45,515 nt of DNA from an uncultured Candidatus Peribacteria bacterium (GCA_964494435.1 CAZBSN010000001.1:1-45515), one strand, 5' to 3'. Counted from the stretch's first letter, positions 23,829-33,697 are shown. Made by a program: numbers and translations. The notes: generated by a model from the letters alone, not told the origin.

Positions 23829-24985
23829 AGATCCTCGTTCTCACCGACGACCTGCCGCCTGCCGTCCTCGGCGGGTCCGGTCGCATTGCATGGGAAACGA
23901 GTCTGGGACTCGTACAACGTGGGCATGACGTGACGATCCTGACGGCCGCTCAAAGTGGTGTCTTCTCGGAGAAAAAAGATGGCGTGCACATTCGAACAAT
24001 AACGCAACTTGATCAGCGATGGGCGCACTACCGCAGCGTTTTTTCGCGAAAGCGGCAAATGGAGGTGCTGCGTGTCGTCGATGAAGTGCAACCGGACCTC
24101 ATTCATGCGCATGGACTCGCGTGGCAGCTTGGCTATCGGTGGATCAAGCCTGCAACCCAGCGCGGCATCGCGATCGTCCATACGTTCCACGGCGTCATGA
24201 ACGTCGCGTATGGAAAACGCTTCGGCGATGAAAAGTTTCCCCTCCTCCGCGATCTGAAACTTGCACGCTGGACGTATAACCCGCTGCGCAACATGAACGT
24301 CCGATGGGCGCTGCGACGGACGACGTTGCTCTCTGTGAGCAATGCACTCAAGCATTATCTCAAAAAGTATGGATATCACGGCGTGCAGACGCTCCATAAC
24401 GGCATCAACACCGATTTTTGGACCACAGGACCAGACAGAGAGACTGCACGAAAAGAGCTTGGTATAGCGGAAAATCAGCCATGTTTCTTGCTTGCTGGCC
24501 GCATTGGTCACGACAAGGGCATGACAATAGTGAAGGAGTCACTTCCCCCGAACGCACTCCTCCTCCTTGCAGGTGAAGGAAATGAAGCTTCATGGAAAGA
24601 TCTCGGTGACCGCGTGCGATTCTTCCCAAAACAGACTCCCGAACAGATGCGCACACTCTACGCAGTTGCAGACGCATCGCTTGTCCCCTCTCTCTATCTC
24701 GATCCATTCCCAACTGTGTGCTTAGAGTCGATGATGTGTGCCACACCCGTCATCGCGAGCATTCATGGTGGCGCAAAAGAAGCAGTGAAGGATGGAGAAT
24801 CCGGATGGATTGTGGAGCCGCGAAAGATGGAATCGTTCGCGGAGCACCTGCGCTGGTGTGCCACACATCGTGAGGAGACGGCACTCGTCGGGAAGAAGGC
24901 AAGAGTGCATGCCAAAGCACAATTCTCGCTGGAGAAACATCTGGATGCTCTGGAGAAGATTTACGCAGCGAGCAGTCGTTCGTAG
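23825..24985 (+). CDS. GT4-family (GT-B) glycosyltransferase
   Basis: 'MKILVLTDDLPPAVLGGSGRIAWETSLGLVQRGHDVTILT' and the E-x7-E region 'DPFPTVCLESMMCATPVIASIHGGAKEAVKDGESGWIV'. The track ORF from 23066 is an out-of-frame N-terminal artefact. Confidence 0.9.
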   Translation: MKILVLTDDLPPAVLGGSGRIAWETSLGLVQRGHDVTILTAAQSGVFSEKKDGVHIRTITQLDQRWAHYRSVFSRKRQMEVLRVVDEVQPDLIHAHGLAWQLGYRWIKPATQRGIAIVHTFHGVMNVAYGKRFGDEKFPLLRDLKLARWTYNPLRNMNVRWALRRTTLLSVSNALKHYLKKYGYHGVQTLHNGINTDFWTTGPDRETARKELGIAENQPCFLLAGRIGHDKGMTIVKESLPPNALLLLAGEGNEASWKDLGDRVRFFPKQTPEQMRTLYAVADASLVPSLYLDPFPTVCLESMMCATPVIASIHGGAKEAVKDGESGWIVEPRKMESFAEHLRWCATHREETALVGKKARVHAKAQFSLEKHLDALEKIYAASSRS

Positions 24986-26133
24986 AACTTCTCGTATTCA
25001 CTCGTAATAGCCTCCCAGCTGCACGAACTGGAGACGTATTCTCGCGCTCTCTTAGCCTTTTCACGAAGTGCGGAGGGATCGTTGAGGAATGCGAGGATGG
25101 CGTCAGCCAATGGTTGGAGTTGTGAGTTCGACATGCGATCCGGCGGGTCGTAGCTGCACGCTTCGTCGTGGTAGATGTCGATGAGTTGTCCATGGCGATT
25201 GTCGCGGCCCATGAGATCGATGAGACCTCCAACCTGCGATGCGATGATCGGCTTCTCCATCCCCATCGCCTCGATGCATGTGATGCTTCGCGCTTCAGCG
25301 GAGGACGGCATGAGGACAAGATCCGCATGCTGGTAGTACGGCTTCACCGTGTCGTTGTTCCGTGAGCCGAGGAGTGTGACGTGCTGCTCAAGATGTAACT
25401 CGCGAATGAGCTCTTCAATGAACGCGCGCTTGCGACCATCACCAATCGCGAAGTAATGGAAGTTCGGATTCTGTTCACGAACGAGCGCGAGGGCTTGGAC
25501 GAGAATGTGGATGCCGTTTTTTGGGACAAGGCGACGGATTGTGAGAAGGACCTTCGTTTCTGGCTTCAATGAGCCAAATTCTGGGGGCTTAGGAATTGAT
25601 GAATCAGGCTGAAAGAGGCGTGCATCGTACCCATTCGAGACAATGCTGATCTTGGAACGCGGAACAAACGCTGCCGTGAGTTCGAGGATCTCGTCGCTTG
25701 TTGAGGTGATGTGCGATGCCAGCTTCATTGAGACGTGCTGACAGAGTTTTACGAGTAATCCATGATGAAACTTGGGATGCACCTCTGGCACGATCCCCTT
25801 TCCCTGCTGCGTGAGGAGCATTGGTTTCCCGCGCAGACGACAAATGACCGCGCACATTGCCGCGATGCGGAAGGAATATGTGCAATGTGCAATGTCGTGC
25901 TCGCCGATGAGTTTCCAGAGCGTGCGAATGTTCTTCCACACAGTCGCTGGACTGAATTTCCACGGGAGACGGACAATCCCCGCTTCATCGGCAGTCGTTG
26001 AAAGCGTGTTCGTGAAGATTGTGACTTTGTGGCCTTTGAGTTTCAGTTCGTGAGCGACGTTCGCAACACAAATTTCCGCTCCGCCGACACTCGGCAGATA
26101 GTCTTCGCACGTCAGAAGGACAGACAGCGTCAT
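24961..26133 (-). CDS. GT4-family glycosyltransferase
   Basis: Start ATG 26133 forms an ATGA overlap with the upstream stop. 'LLTCEDYLPSVGGAEICVANVAHELKLKGHKVTIFT' and 'SSAEARSITCIEAMGMEKPIIASQVGGLIDLM'. Confidence 0.9.
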   Translation of the reverse strand: MTLSVLLTCEDYLPSVGGAEICVANVAHELKLKGHKVTIFTNTLSTTADEAGIVRLPWKFSPATVWKNIRTLWKLIGEHDIAHCTYSFRIAAMCAVICRLRGKPMLLTQQGKGIVPEVHPKFHHGLLVKLCQHVSMKLASHITSTSDEILELTAAFVPRSKISIVSNGYDARLFQPDSSIPKPPEFGSLKPETKVLLTIRRLVPKNGIHILVQALALVREQNPNFHYFAIGDGRKRAFIEELIRELHLEQHVTLLGSRNNDTVKPYYQHADLVLMPSSAEARSITCIEAMGMEKPIIASQVGGLIDLMGRDNRHGQLIDIYHDEACSYDPPDRMSNSQLQPLADAILAFLNDPSALREKAKRAREYVSSSCSWEAITSEYEKFYERLLAA

Positions 26134-27095
26134 GCGGGGAAGATATCGCGATGCTTCTGCAGCCACTCGTACGTCGCACGAAGCTGCGTCGGCAGATCAA
26201 TGACAGGAGCGTACCCAAGATCGCGTTCCGTGTGGGAAATGTCTGACTTTCGTCGGAAGACCGTGTCCCATGCACGCTGCTGCTTCAACTCCGTTCCGGC
26301 GCTGCTCCCTGCGATCTCATTGATCATGTCGGCAATCTCTCCGATGCTTGTTTCTTTGCCCGATCCGATGTTGTACGTCTTGCCGTTACTCTCGGGTTTT
26401 TCCGCAGCCAGAAGCGTTCCTTGGACGACGTTCTCGACGAAGTTGAAGTCGCGGGAGGCCTTCGGATCGCCCGTGATTGGGAGCGGCTTACGGGACATCG
26501 CGAGCATGAAAAAGTTCGGGATCACGTTGCGGTAACGACCGGGCATTTCACCAGGACCGAACGAGTTGAAGTACCTGAGCACCGTCGTATTCATCTTATG
26601 ATAGTCGTGGTAGAACCGGACGAGGAACTCGCCGTGCAGTTTGTTGATGGCGTACGGCGTATCGAGGTGGAACGTGACTGTGTCGACGGAGAAATCTGGG
26701 CCATTGCCGTACACACACGAAGAAGAAGAGAAGACAAATTTCGATACCTTCGCGAGGCGTGCTTGTTCCAAGACTTTCAACGTTCCGATGCTATTCACGT
26801 TGCAGTCGTCGATTGGATGCTCAACTGAATTCTGATTTGCGAAGTGTGCAGCCAAGTGGAAGACAACGTCTTGAGGGCGGCTGAATGCTTCCTTCAACGC
26901 ACTGTCGTCGACAATCGACTTCTGGATGAACGTCGTTCGTTGATCGTCCAGAATATCTTTGCTGAGAAGTGGAGAAGCAGAGCTGCAATCGTCGATGATG
27001 GTGAGAGACGCGACTCCACGCGCGAGCATCGCCCGGCACAACGCCGAACCGATCGCTCCGAGACCGCCAGTGACGAGAACGTTCTTTCCCTGCAT
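26130..27095 (-). CDS. NAD-dependent sugar-nucleotide epimerase/dehydratase (extended SDR)
   Basis: Start ATG 27095 ('MQGKNVLVTGGLGAIGSAL'). 'FSSSSCVYG' and 'YAINKLHGE' (YxxxK). Confidence 0.85.
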   Translation of the reverse strand: MQGKNVLVTGGLGAIGSALCRAMLARGVASLTIIDDCSSASPLLSKDILDDQRTTFIQKSIVDDSALKEAFSRPQDVVFHLAAHFANQNSVEHPIDDCNVNSIGTLKVLEQARLAKVSKFVFSSSSCVYGNGPDFSVDTVTFHLDTPYAINKLHGEFLVRFYHDYHKMNTTVLRYFNSFGPGEMPGRYRNVIPNFFMLAMSRKPLPITGDPKASRDFNFVENVVQGTLLAAEKPESNGKTYNIGSGKETSIGEIADMINEIAGSSAGTELKQQRAWDTVFRRKSDISHTERDLGYAPVIDLPTQLRATYEWLQKHRDIFPA

Positions 27096-27157
27096 AGAAA
27101 ACCTAAAGGCGACCCAGTGTAACACAGGCTGCTCTGGATTAAACCAGCTCTAGGGCC

Positions 27158-28246
27158 TTACAGAGGCATTTGACGCAGGATATCGACGATCCGTTCCCCC
27201 GCATGCCCGTCCCAGTATGGCGGCACGGTGATCGCGGGTTTGACCGGATGGGCTGCAAATTCGAGAACTGTTTCTCTGTCGGCCGGCACAGAGGGGTCAA
27301 TGAGCACGTTGCTGCCGCATTCGATCGTGATCGGACGCTCTGTATTGCGACGGAGGGTGAAACAGCGCTTACCGAGCAACACCGCCTCTTCCTGAATGCC
27401 CCCGGAGTCCGTGAGAAGGAACGCTGATGCCTGCATGAGACGCAGGAATGAGAGATAGGGCTGTGGCGGCAGAAGGAGAACATTCTTCGGAAGGATTTCG
27501 GAGAGATTGAATCTATCGAGTGACGCCTGGAGTCGATGATGCACTGGTAACACGACAGGGCATCGCTTGGAGACATCGGTGAGGAAGTCGAGAACTGACT
27601 TGAGCGCATGCGCATCATCCACATTGCTCGGCCGGTGCAAGGTTGCAACGGTGAATTGTGCAGGCAGTCCTTCAGGCAACCCAACATTTTCAATCTGTGG
27701 CAGCATCCGAAGCATCGTGTCGATCATCGTGTTTCCCACGAGATGCACTTCCCCCTTTGTGACGCCTTCTTCTCGGAGATTGTTCAGACCGGATTCCTCA
27801 GTACAGAACAAAAACGTGGCTGTTTTATCGACTGCAATGCGGTTCAGCTCCTCAGGCATCGTGCTGTCGAAGGAGCGAAGGCCTGCTTCGACGTGCGCCA
27901 ATGGAACCTTTGCCGTTTTACACGCCATCGCTGCTCCACTCGCACCATTCACATCGCCGTAGACGAGCACGACGTCCGGCTTCTCTGTGTTGAGAACTGG
28001 GATCATTGCCTCAGCTGTCTTCGCGATGACGTCTTCACGATCACCTCCGTGCACACCGAGGTTATGTCGCGGGAGTTGGATGTTGAGTTGCTCAAAGAAC
28101 ACATCGGAGAAGAGCGGATCGTAGTGCTGACCCGTGTGAACGATCACGTGTTCGACCGATGGATCATTGAGATTGCGAATCGCATGATCGACCGCCGCCA
28201 ATTTAACGAAGTTCGGACGAGCCGATGCGACGCTCAATATTTTCAT
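27158..28246 (-). CDS. wecB: UDP-N-acetylglucosamine 2-epimerase (non-hydrolysing)
   Basis: 'ARPNFVKLA', 'HTGQHYD', 'VLVYGDVNG', 'HVEAGLRSFDSTMPEELNR' and 'TDSGGIQEE'. Confidence 0.9.
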   Translation of the reverse strand: MKILSVASARPNFVKLAAVDHAIRNLNDPSVEHVIVHTGQHYDPLFSDVFFEQLNIQLPRHNLGVHGGDREDVIAKTAEAMIPVLNTEKPDVVLVYGDVNGASGAAMACKTAKVPLAHVEAGLRSFDSTMPEELNRIAVDKTATFLFCTEESGLNNLREEGVTKGEVHLVGNTMIDTMLRMLPQIENVGLPEGLPAQFTVATLHRPSNVDDAHALKSVLDFLTDVSKRCPVVLPVHHRLQASLDRFNLSEILPKNVLLLPPQPYLSFLRLMQASAFLLTDSGGIQEEAVLLGKRCFTLRRNTERPITIECGSNVLIDPSVPADRETVLEFAAHPVKPAITVPPYWDGHAGERIVDILRQMPL

Positions 28247-29499
28247 AGGCTTTTATTATTGTCGCGAAGCTGGGCTTTGCCCAGCTGGAGCGACTCCTTG
28301 CCGGGAAGAGAGTTCGCGAGAGAAACCCCGGAGGGGTGTCTTTCGCGATTTGAGTGTAACCCATCGAGGACGCGCTTCATCCGTTCTTGCCACGTATGAT
28401 GCTGAACGAGCGAAAGCGCTGCTTTAGACCTCTTCTCAGCCTTTGCGGGATTAGTGTGAATCCACTCAAGTGCATCAGCCAAGCTCCGCACATCTCCCGG
28501 CTTGCAGAAAATGGCGGTCTCTTCCGAAAGGACATCACGCACCGTTGGAAGATCGCTTGTGATCATCGGACGATCGGCCGCCATGTACTCAAACATTTTG
28601 AGCGGCGACATGTGTGTGCGGTAGTGCGGCAAATCCGGGAACGGCATTGCGAGGATGTCACATGCGGAGAGCGACGCAGGCACATCGGCTGCAGGAATTT
28701 CTCCGGTGAAGAGCACATCGTCTTCGGTGAGACCGAGCTTCTTCGCTTGTTGCTCATACCGCGCACGATCCCCCTCAGGTCCTCCGACAATGAACCCGAA
28801 GAATTGCTTCTGAGGTTTGAGCACAGCAAGTGCTTGGAGCATATGCGAGACGCCCTTCTCTTGTCCCAATGTCGTCAGTCGCCCGACGTAACCAACGACG
28901 AGACGATCCGTCTTGAGGTTCCACTTGGTCCTGGCTTTCGGCTGTGATGGCAGATTTTCGAAACGAGAGAGATCGACTGCATCCCCTTCTACGAAGAGCT
29001 TCTTGGGCTTCACTCCCCACTTCAGGAGCGCATCGCGCATCGGCGAAGTGAGACACGCGACTCGTGCGCAGCGATTACACTCTTGCACAAAGAGATGCCG
29101 AGCAAAGCGCGGGAGCTGATGGAGCTCCAGCACAACCGGGATATCGAGCTTGAGGAGAGACGGCAACAATGCAGGAGAGCGTGTGTAGATGAGGTCTGGC
29201 GTGTCGGCTTTGAGTAAATCTGGAAGTTTTCTTCGCAGCATTCTATTCATGCTCCAGAGTTTGAAGAATCCAAGCCATCGCGTAGCGATGTAGTCCTTGT
29301 CGCCGACGTATGTCAGCTTAATCTCGCGAGAGAGGTGTTCGTACGTCCAGAAATCCTGCTCCACGACGTTCTTACGAAACGGCGCGTAGACATGAACTTT
29401 GTGTCCAAGCTGCCACAATGCACGACAGACATGCGCGATCTGATGACCATGTGCGCGTTCGCTTGGGAGCCGTACGTTGGTGCAGTACGCGATGTGCAT
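28243..29499 (-). CDS. GT4-family glycosyltransferase
   Basis: Start ATG 29499 ('MHIAYCTNVRLPSERAHGHQIAHVCRALWQLGHKVHVYAP'). 'SPLKMFEYMAADRPMITSDLPTVRDVL'. The 3' end overlaps the wecB start (ATGA). Confidence 0.85.
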   Translation of the reverse strand: MHIAYCTNVRLPSERAHGHQIAHVCRALWQLGHKVHVYAPFRKNVVEQDFWTYEHLSREIKLTYVGDKDYIATRWLGFFKLWSMNRMLRRKLPDLLKADTPDLIYTRSPALLPSLLKLDIPVVLELHQLPRFARHLFVQECNRCARVACLTSPMRDALLKWGVKPKKLFVEGDAVDLSRFENLPSQPKARTKWNLKTDRLVVGYVGRLTTLGQEKGVSHMLQALAVLKPQKQFFGFIVGGPEGDRARYEQQAKKLGLTEDDVLFTGEIPAADVPASLSACDILAMPFPDLPHYRTHMSPLKMFEYMAADRPMITSDLPTVRDVLSEETAIFCKPGDVRSLADALEWIHTNPAKAEKRSKAALSLVQHHTWQERMKRVLDGLHSNRERHPSGVSLANSLPGKESLQLGKAQLRDNNKSL

Positions 29500-29525
29500 A
29501 CGAGACGTACAGGGTAGCAGAAAAA

Positions 29526-31136
29526 TCACCACCGCGGTCTCCAAAGACTCCATCCATCGCCCTGTTCAACACGTTCCGCGATAGCAGGGTCCATCACCCA
29601 TTCCGGCCGCTCCCGTTCATTCCAGAGAATGAGGTCGACCTGGTAATGGAGCATCGACAGCAGCGGATTCTGTAAAACATTATCGCACACACGGCGGAAT
29701 TCGGCCGTGCGCTCCGGCAGCATGTGCTGTCCGCGGAACTGGAGCGTGTGCCACGCGAGCAATTCGACATCCGCTCCGCCCGGTTGGAAGAGTTCCGCCA
29801 TACATCCTCGCGCAGCGAATTCGGCGTTCGACACGACGATGTGTTGGACATACGGCGTGAAGACGACGTCTGCCGGTGTGCGTGACTTCAACTCGATCGC
29901 GGTCACGGGATCGGTGAGGATAGTTACGCGACCAAGGTCCGTAATCGGCTCAATCGCGGAGCGGGAAAGGATCGGCGGAGGCGGGTTAATCACGAGGAAT
30001 CGCCATCCAAGTCCGTAATCCCATGCAGCGGCAGCCAACAGTATTCCCGATGCCACAAGTGCAATGATGCTCGGCCAACTGAACATCTGTGCGATCCCCT
30101 TTCGCAGCCACGCATCGATCAGTGAAGCGATACATGTCGCAGCAGCGATCGTCACCATGGGCTCGTAGTGCGACGATGAGAGAAAATCTTTTCCATGAAT
30201 GACATGCTGGTGTGTGACGACGAATCCCCCTGCCACGAACGCGAGTGGGAGCAACAGCGATCGTCGTTCGCGGGGGATCTTCCAGAAGAGCACTGCTACC
30301 GGAACGAGCGCGAGCAATTGGAGCGTAGACCGTATCGGCGATGCGATTGCGTGCGAGGGATAGAGTCCGCTTCGATAGAGAGCCATCTCTTGAAACGTCG
30401 GATCGGCCATTTGGAGGACCCATGTCGAAAGCAGCCCCGGAATGCTTAAGAGTAATCCCAAACCGCCTGCGATCGCGAGGAACCGAAGCGCTCGTGTACG
30501 TGTCTCATCTCGCACGTGCCAACGGAGGAGGAAGATAAAGCCACATGCCGCCCATGTGAATGTCCACACCCAGAAATAGAGTGATGGGAGGAGCGCGAGC
30601 AGCACCGCTGCGACGGGAATGAGTATCCATGTCGGGCGGACCGCGATGCGGTGCACGCAAGTGAGCGTGAGAACCATGAGCGGGAGCAACACACCAAGAT
30701 GCGGCCGGGACAGCACGCCAATGAGAGCGGCACTGAGGAGCGTCGAAAGGAGTAACGCAATCGGTGGACGCACTGAACTATCGCGTAGCAGGAGATAGAA
30801 CAATGGGAGAAAGAGCGGCGCGAGGAGGAGCATCACCAACGTTCCGATTTCCACGCCCGACAGAGGCGTCCACGAGAAGAGAGTCCCCTCCGTGAATTCA
30901 AGGAGCCCTGGTCCTGCCGCACGGATCTCAAATGGCGGTCCCGTGATGCCGTTTTCATACGGTCCACTTCGTCCGAGCAGCGCAGTTTGGATGCGACTGA
31001 AGTATGCGCCGTCATCTTGGAGTCGGATGGGCACATGGCCGAGCTCCACGGACCAACGAACGATAGGCGTCGCAAGCACAGCAAGGAGGAGCGCTGTGAG
31101 GAGCGGCAACGCGATCAGGACTGTGCGGCGTTTCAC
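29526..31136 (-). CDS. polytopic membrane protein of unknown family, paralog A (536 aa)
   Basis: GTG start. About a dozen hydrophobic segments are followed by a ~170-aa hydrophilic C-terminal domain. It shares blocks with the upstream gene: 'DDGAYFSR', 'ENGIT', 'LLPSLYFWVW', 'HQHVIHGKDFLSSSHYEP', 'TILTD' and 'GDGWSLW'. Confidence 0.6.
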   Translation of the reverse strand: MKRRTVLIALPLLTALLLAVLATPIVRWSVELGHVPIRLQDDGAYFSRIQTALLGRSGPYENGITGPPFEIRAAGPGLLEFTEGTLFSWTPLSGVEIGTLVMLLLAPLFLPLFYLLLRDSSVRPPIALLLSTLLSAALIGVLSRPHLGVLLPLMVLTLTCVHRIAVRPTWILIPVAAVLLALLPSLYFWVWTFTWAACGFIFLLRWHVRDETRTRALRFLAIAGGLGLLLSIPGLLSTWVLQMADPTFQEMALYRSGLYPSHAIASPIRSTLQLLALVPVAVLFWKIPRERRSLLLPLAFVAGGFVVTHQHVIHGKDFLSSSHYEPMVTIAAATCIASLIDAWLRKGIAQMFSWPSIIALVASGILLAAAAWDYGLGWRFLVINPPPPILSRSAIEPITDLGRVTILTDPVTAIELKSRTPADVVFTPYVQHIVVSNAEFAARGCMAELFQPGGADVELLAWHTLQFRGQHMLPERTAEFRRVCDNVLQNPLLSMLHYQVDLILWNERERPEWVMDPAIAERVEQGDGWSLWRPRW

Positions 31137-31145
31137 GACCCTATG

Positions 31146-32753
31146 CTACCGACTCACCTCCCACAGGGTCCATCCGCTCCCCGTTCCGATCTGCGATAGT
31201 GATGGCAGATCAGTATCTGCACGCCAATCTGGTCGATCTTTGGTATTTTCCAGAATATAGCGCACGTCATACTCACGCAGATGCTTCACGGGCTCGGCCC
31301 TCACTAGCATGCATGCTTCCGTCACCAATGACCGTTCGCGTTCGCGCATCTCTGGAGAATCGAGCACATCATTATATTCGATGTAGAGACTCCGATACGG
31401 ATCTGGGAATTCCGAGAACAGTTCCGACATACAGAATCGATCGGCCATGTCGGCATCAGAGATAAAGAGGAATCGGCTGTGCGTGGTGTAGACGATGCCG
31501 TGGTGCGTCCACGCGGTCAGCAGTCGGCCGGTCTCTTTATCTGTGAGCACAGTCGCAGGAGGAAGCTCACGAAGAATCGCGATTGGTTCAGCGAGATGTT
31601 GATCGCGGAACGTGTGACCTGGAACGACGAAGAAGAATGAGTTTAATGGGAAGTAGTCGTACGCTCCACCTGCGAGGAATGCGAGCGCAATGAGCGTAAT
31701 GATGCCCCTGCGAATGAAATCCACTCGCCGGGTCAGAACCCACGCTCCGGCAATGACGGAGGAAATGATGAGATGCGGCTCAAAGTGTGATGCAAACATG
31801 AGTACTTTCGCGTGAAGGACGTTCTGATGCATCACGAAGAGGACACCAAGCAATAGCGAAAACACGATGAGGTATGACCGATCCTGCCGGCGATCACGCC
31901 ACAGCGTTGCAAAGGTGATGCACTGGATGAGCAGCAAGATTGTGCGCGGCCATGACTCTGGTGTGCGCTCATAGAGGAAGCTGGCACGCACTGCGATCTC
32001 CGGATAGAGCGGACTCTGCATCAGTTCTGCTGTGTGCAGCAGGAAGGGCAATGCGATGAGAAGAATGAGTCCCCCACCAAGTGCGCTGAATGCAGGATGG
32101 CGAAGGAGGTAACGATCTTCCTCTTTTGCAAAGAGCGTCAGAAGGAGAAGCGTCGCGACACTCGCCCACACCCACATCCAATGCCAAAAGTAGAGTGACG
32201 GCAGGAGGCCGAGGAGTATTCCAGCCACGACAAGGAGAGGAATGCTTGGGCGTTTCCAGAGCATGAACGTTGCAAGTAGCGCTCCAATAGCTGGAATGAA
32301 CGTCCAACCAGGATGCGGCATACGTGTGATGGTCGGGAACATCACAAGAAAGAGGACGACCGCGATCCCAATGCTCCACGCACGCGCAAAACCGATCTCA
32401 CCGAGGAAGACGAGCAGTAAGAGGAACAGAATGGATGTGAATATCGCTGTGAGGATTACGGAGAGTGTCGGTGCGGAGAGACCAGTCCATTTGAAAATGG
32501 AACCAACGATAACCTCGGCTGTCGCAGATTGCATTCCTTCGATCGCAGACCCAATCGCCGTGATCCCATTGTCCGCTTCCTCTGGATGACCATCGAGAAC
32601 GCGCTCCAAGCGACTGTAGTAATTGCCGTAGTCCTTGTCTCGAATCACGGTCAGTCCCTGAAACTCAGGCTGCGTCATGTGTACGGCGTACGGGAAGAGC
32701 GTGAGCAGCCCAAATAGGACCGCAATGCCGAAGGCCAGTGTGGAAAACCTCAT
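31146..32753 (-). CDS. polytopic membrane protein of unknown family, paralog B (535 aa)
   Basis: Start ATG 32753 ('MRFSTLAFGIAVLFG'). The longer track ORF to 32894 would run into the divergent gene. Shared blocks are 'DYGNYYSR', 'DNGIT', 'LLPSLYFWHW', 'HQNVLHAKVLMFASHFEP', 'TVLTD' and 'GSGWTLW'. Confidence 0.6.
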   Translation of the reverse strand: MRFSTLAFGIAVLFGLLTLFPYAVHMTQPEFQGLTVIRDKDYGNYYSRLERVLDGHPEEADNGITAIGSAIEGMQSATAEVIVGSIFKWTGLSAPTLSVILTAIFTSILFLLLLVFLGEIGFARAWSIGIAVVLFLVMFPTITRMPHPGWTFIPAIGALLATFMLWKRPSIPLLVVAGILLGLLPSLYFWHWMWVWASVATLLLLTLFAKEEDRYLLRHPAFSALGGGLILLIALPFLLHTAELMQSPLYPEIAVRASFLYERTPESWPRTILLLIQCITFATLWRDRRQDRSYLIVFSLLLGVLFVMHQNVLHAKVLMFASHFEPHLIISSVIAGAWVLTRRVDFIRRGIITLIALAFLAGGAYDYFPLNSFFFVVPGHTFRDQHLAEPIAILRELPPATVLTDKETGRLLTAWTHHGIVYTTHSRFLFISDADMADRFCMSELFSEFPDPYRSLYIEYNDVLDSPEMRERERSLVTEACMLVRAEPVKHLREYDVRYILENTKDRPDWRADTDLPSLSQIGTGSGWTLWEVSR

Positions 32754-32820
32754 ACGCACAATACCAGTGTACCGACCACATCCCATGACAACGAGGTTTT
32801 GCATCGCTAGACTCCCGGCC
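32754..32820. promoter_or_regulatory. 67-bp divergent intergenic region (presumed bidirectional promoters)
   Basis: The strand switch between the minus block (start 32753) and the plus block (start 32821) falls here. I could not identify convincing -35/-10 hexamers. Confidence 0.3.
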
Positions 32821-33675
32821 ATGCGCAAAGAATTCCGAAACGACTCAGCTCTCAATGCCAAGGTCCAGGACTGGTGGCACAAGAACCCATTCAACTACTT
32901 CGTGGATGCGGAGGAATCCAGCTGGGAGTTCTACCGGAACATCGACCGTAAGTTCCTAAAGTGGATCCCGTTCATGCAGAACGGAGGCTATCCATTCCTC
33001 ACGCGCTACATCGACATGCACGGCCTCAAGGGAAAGAAGCTCCTGGATATCGCCTGCGGTACGGGAGTGCTCACCGAGCAGTTTGTGCGAATGGGAGCAG
33101 ACGTAACGGCGATCGACCTCACTGCGAAGGCTGTGGAGCTCACGAAGAAGCGCCTCGATCTCTATCACCTCTCCGCAAACGTCATTCAGGCCGACGCACA
33201 GAAGATGCCCTTCCCAGACAACTCCTTCGACTACGTCTGCGCATGGGGCTGCCTGATGCACATGCCGGAGACGGAACAAGCGATTGCTGAGATTAAGCGT
33301 GTGCTGAAGCCGGGCGGAAAGTTCCTCGCGATGATGTACCACCTAAACTCGGTTCACATGCGCTACGCGATCCAATTCGGACGCGGCGTCTTGCGTGGGC
33401 AGTATCTGAAGTACGACAACCAATCTCTCATGAACCGCTACACCGACGGCGCTGCAGTCGGCGGCAACATGCTCGCGAAGTTCTACACGCGAAAGGAATT
33501 TAAGAACCTCTTTGCAGGGTTCAGCGATGTGAAAGTCATGATCCACGACAACCATGGTGTTCCGAATCAGCTCCCCCACCCGTGGCTGCCACTCGGCAAA
33601 CTGCTTCCTAAGCCCATAAAAGAGTGGGTTTGCCGCACCTGGGGCATGACGGCGATCATCACGGGCGAGAAATAA
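32821..33675 (+). CDS. class-I SAM-dependent methyltransferase
   Basis: Start ATG 32821. 'LLDIACGTGVLTEQFVRMGADVTAIDLT' (motif I plus acidic loop) and 'VLKPGGKFLAMMY'. Confidence 0.85.
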   Translation: MRKEFRNDSALNAKVQDWWHKNPFNYFVDAEESSWEFYRNIDRKFLKWIPFMQNGGYPFLTRYIDMHGLKGKKLLDIACGTGVLTEQFVRMGADVTAIDLTAKAVELTKKRLDLYHLSANVIQADAQKMPFPDNSFDYVCAWGCLMHMPETEQAIAEIKRVLKPGGKFLAMMYHLNSVHMRYAIQFGRGVLRGQYLKYDNQSLMNRYTDGAAVGGNMLAKFYTRKEFKNLFAGFSDVKVMIHDNHGVPNQLPHPWLPLGKLLPKPIKEWVCRTWGMTAIITGEK

Positions 33676-33697
33676 GCAGGTGGGCTACCATACGGCC

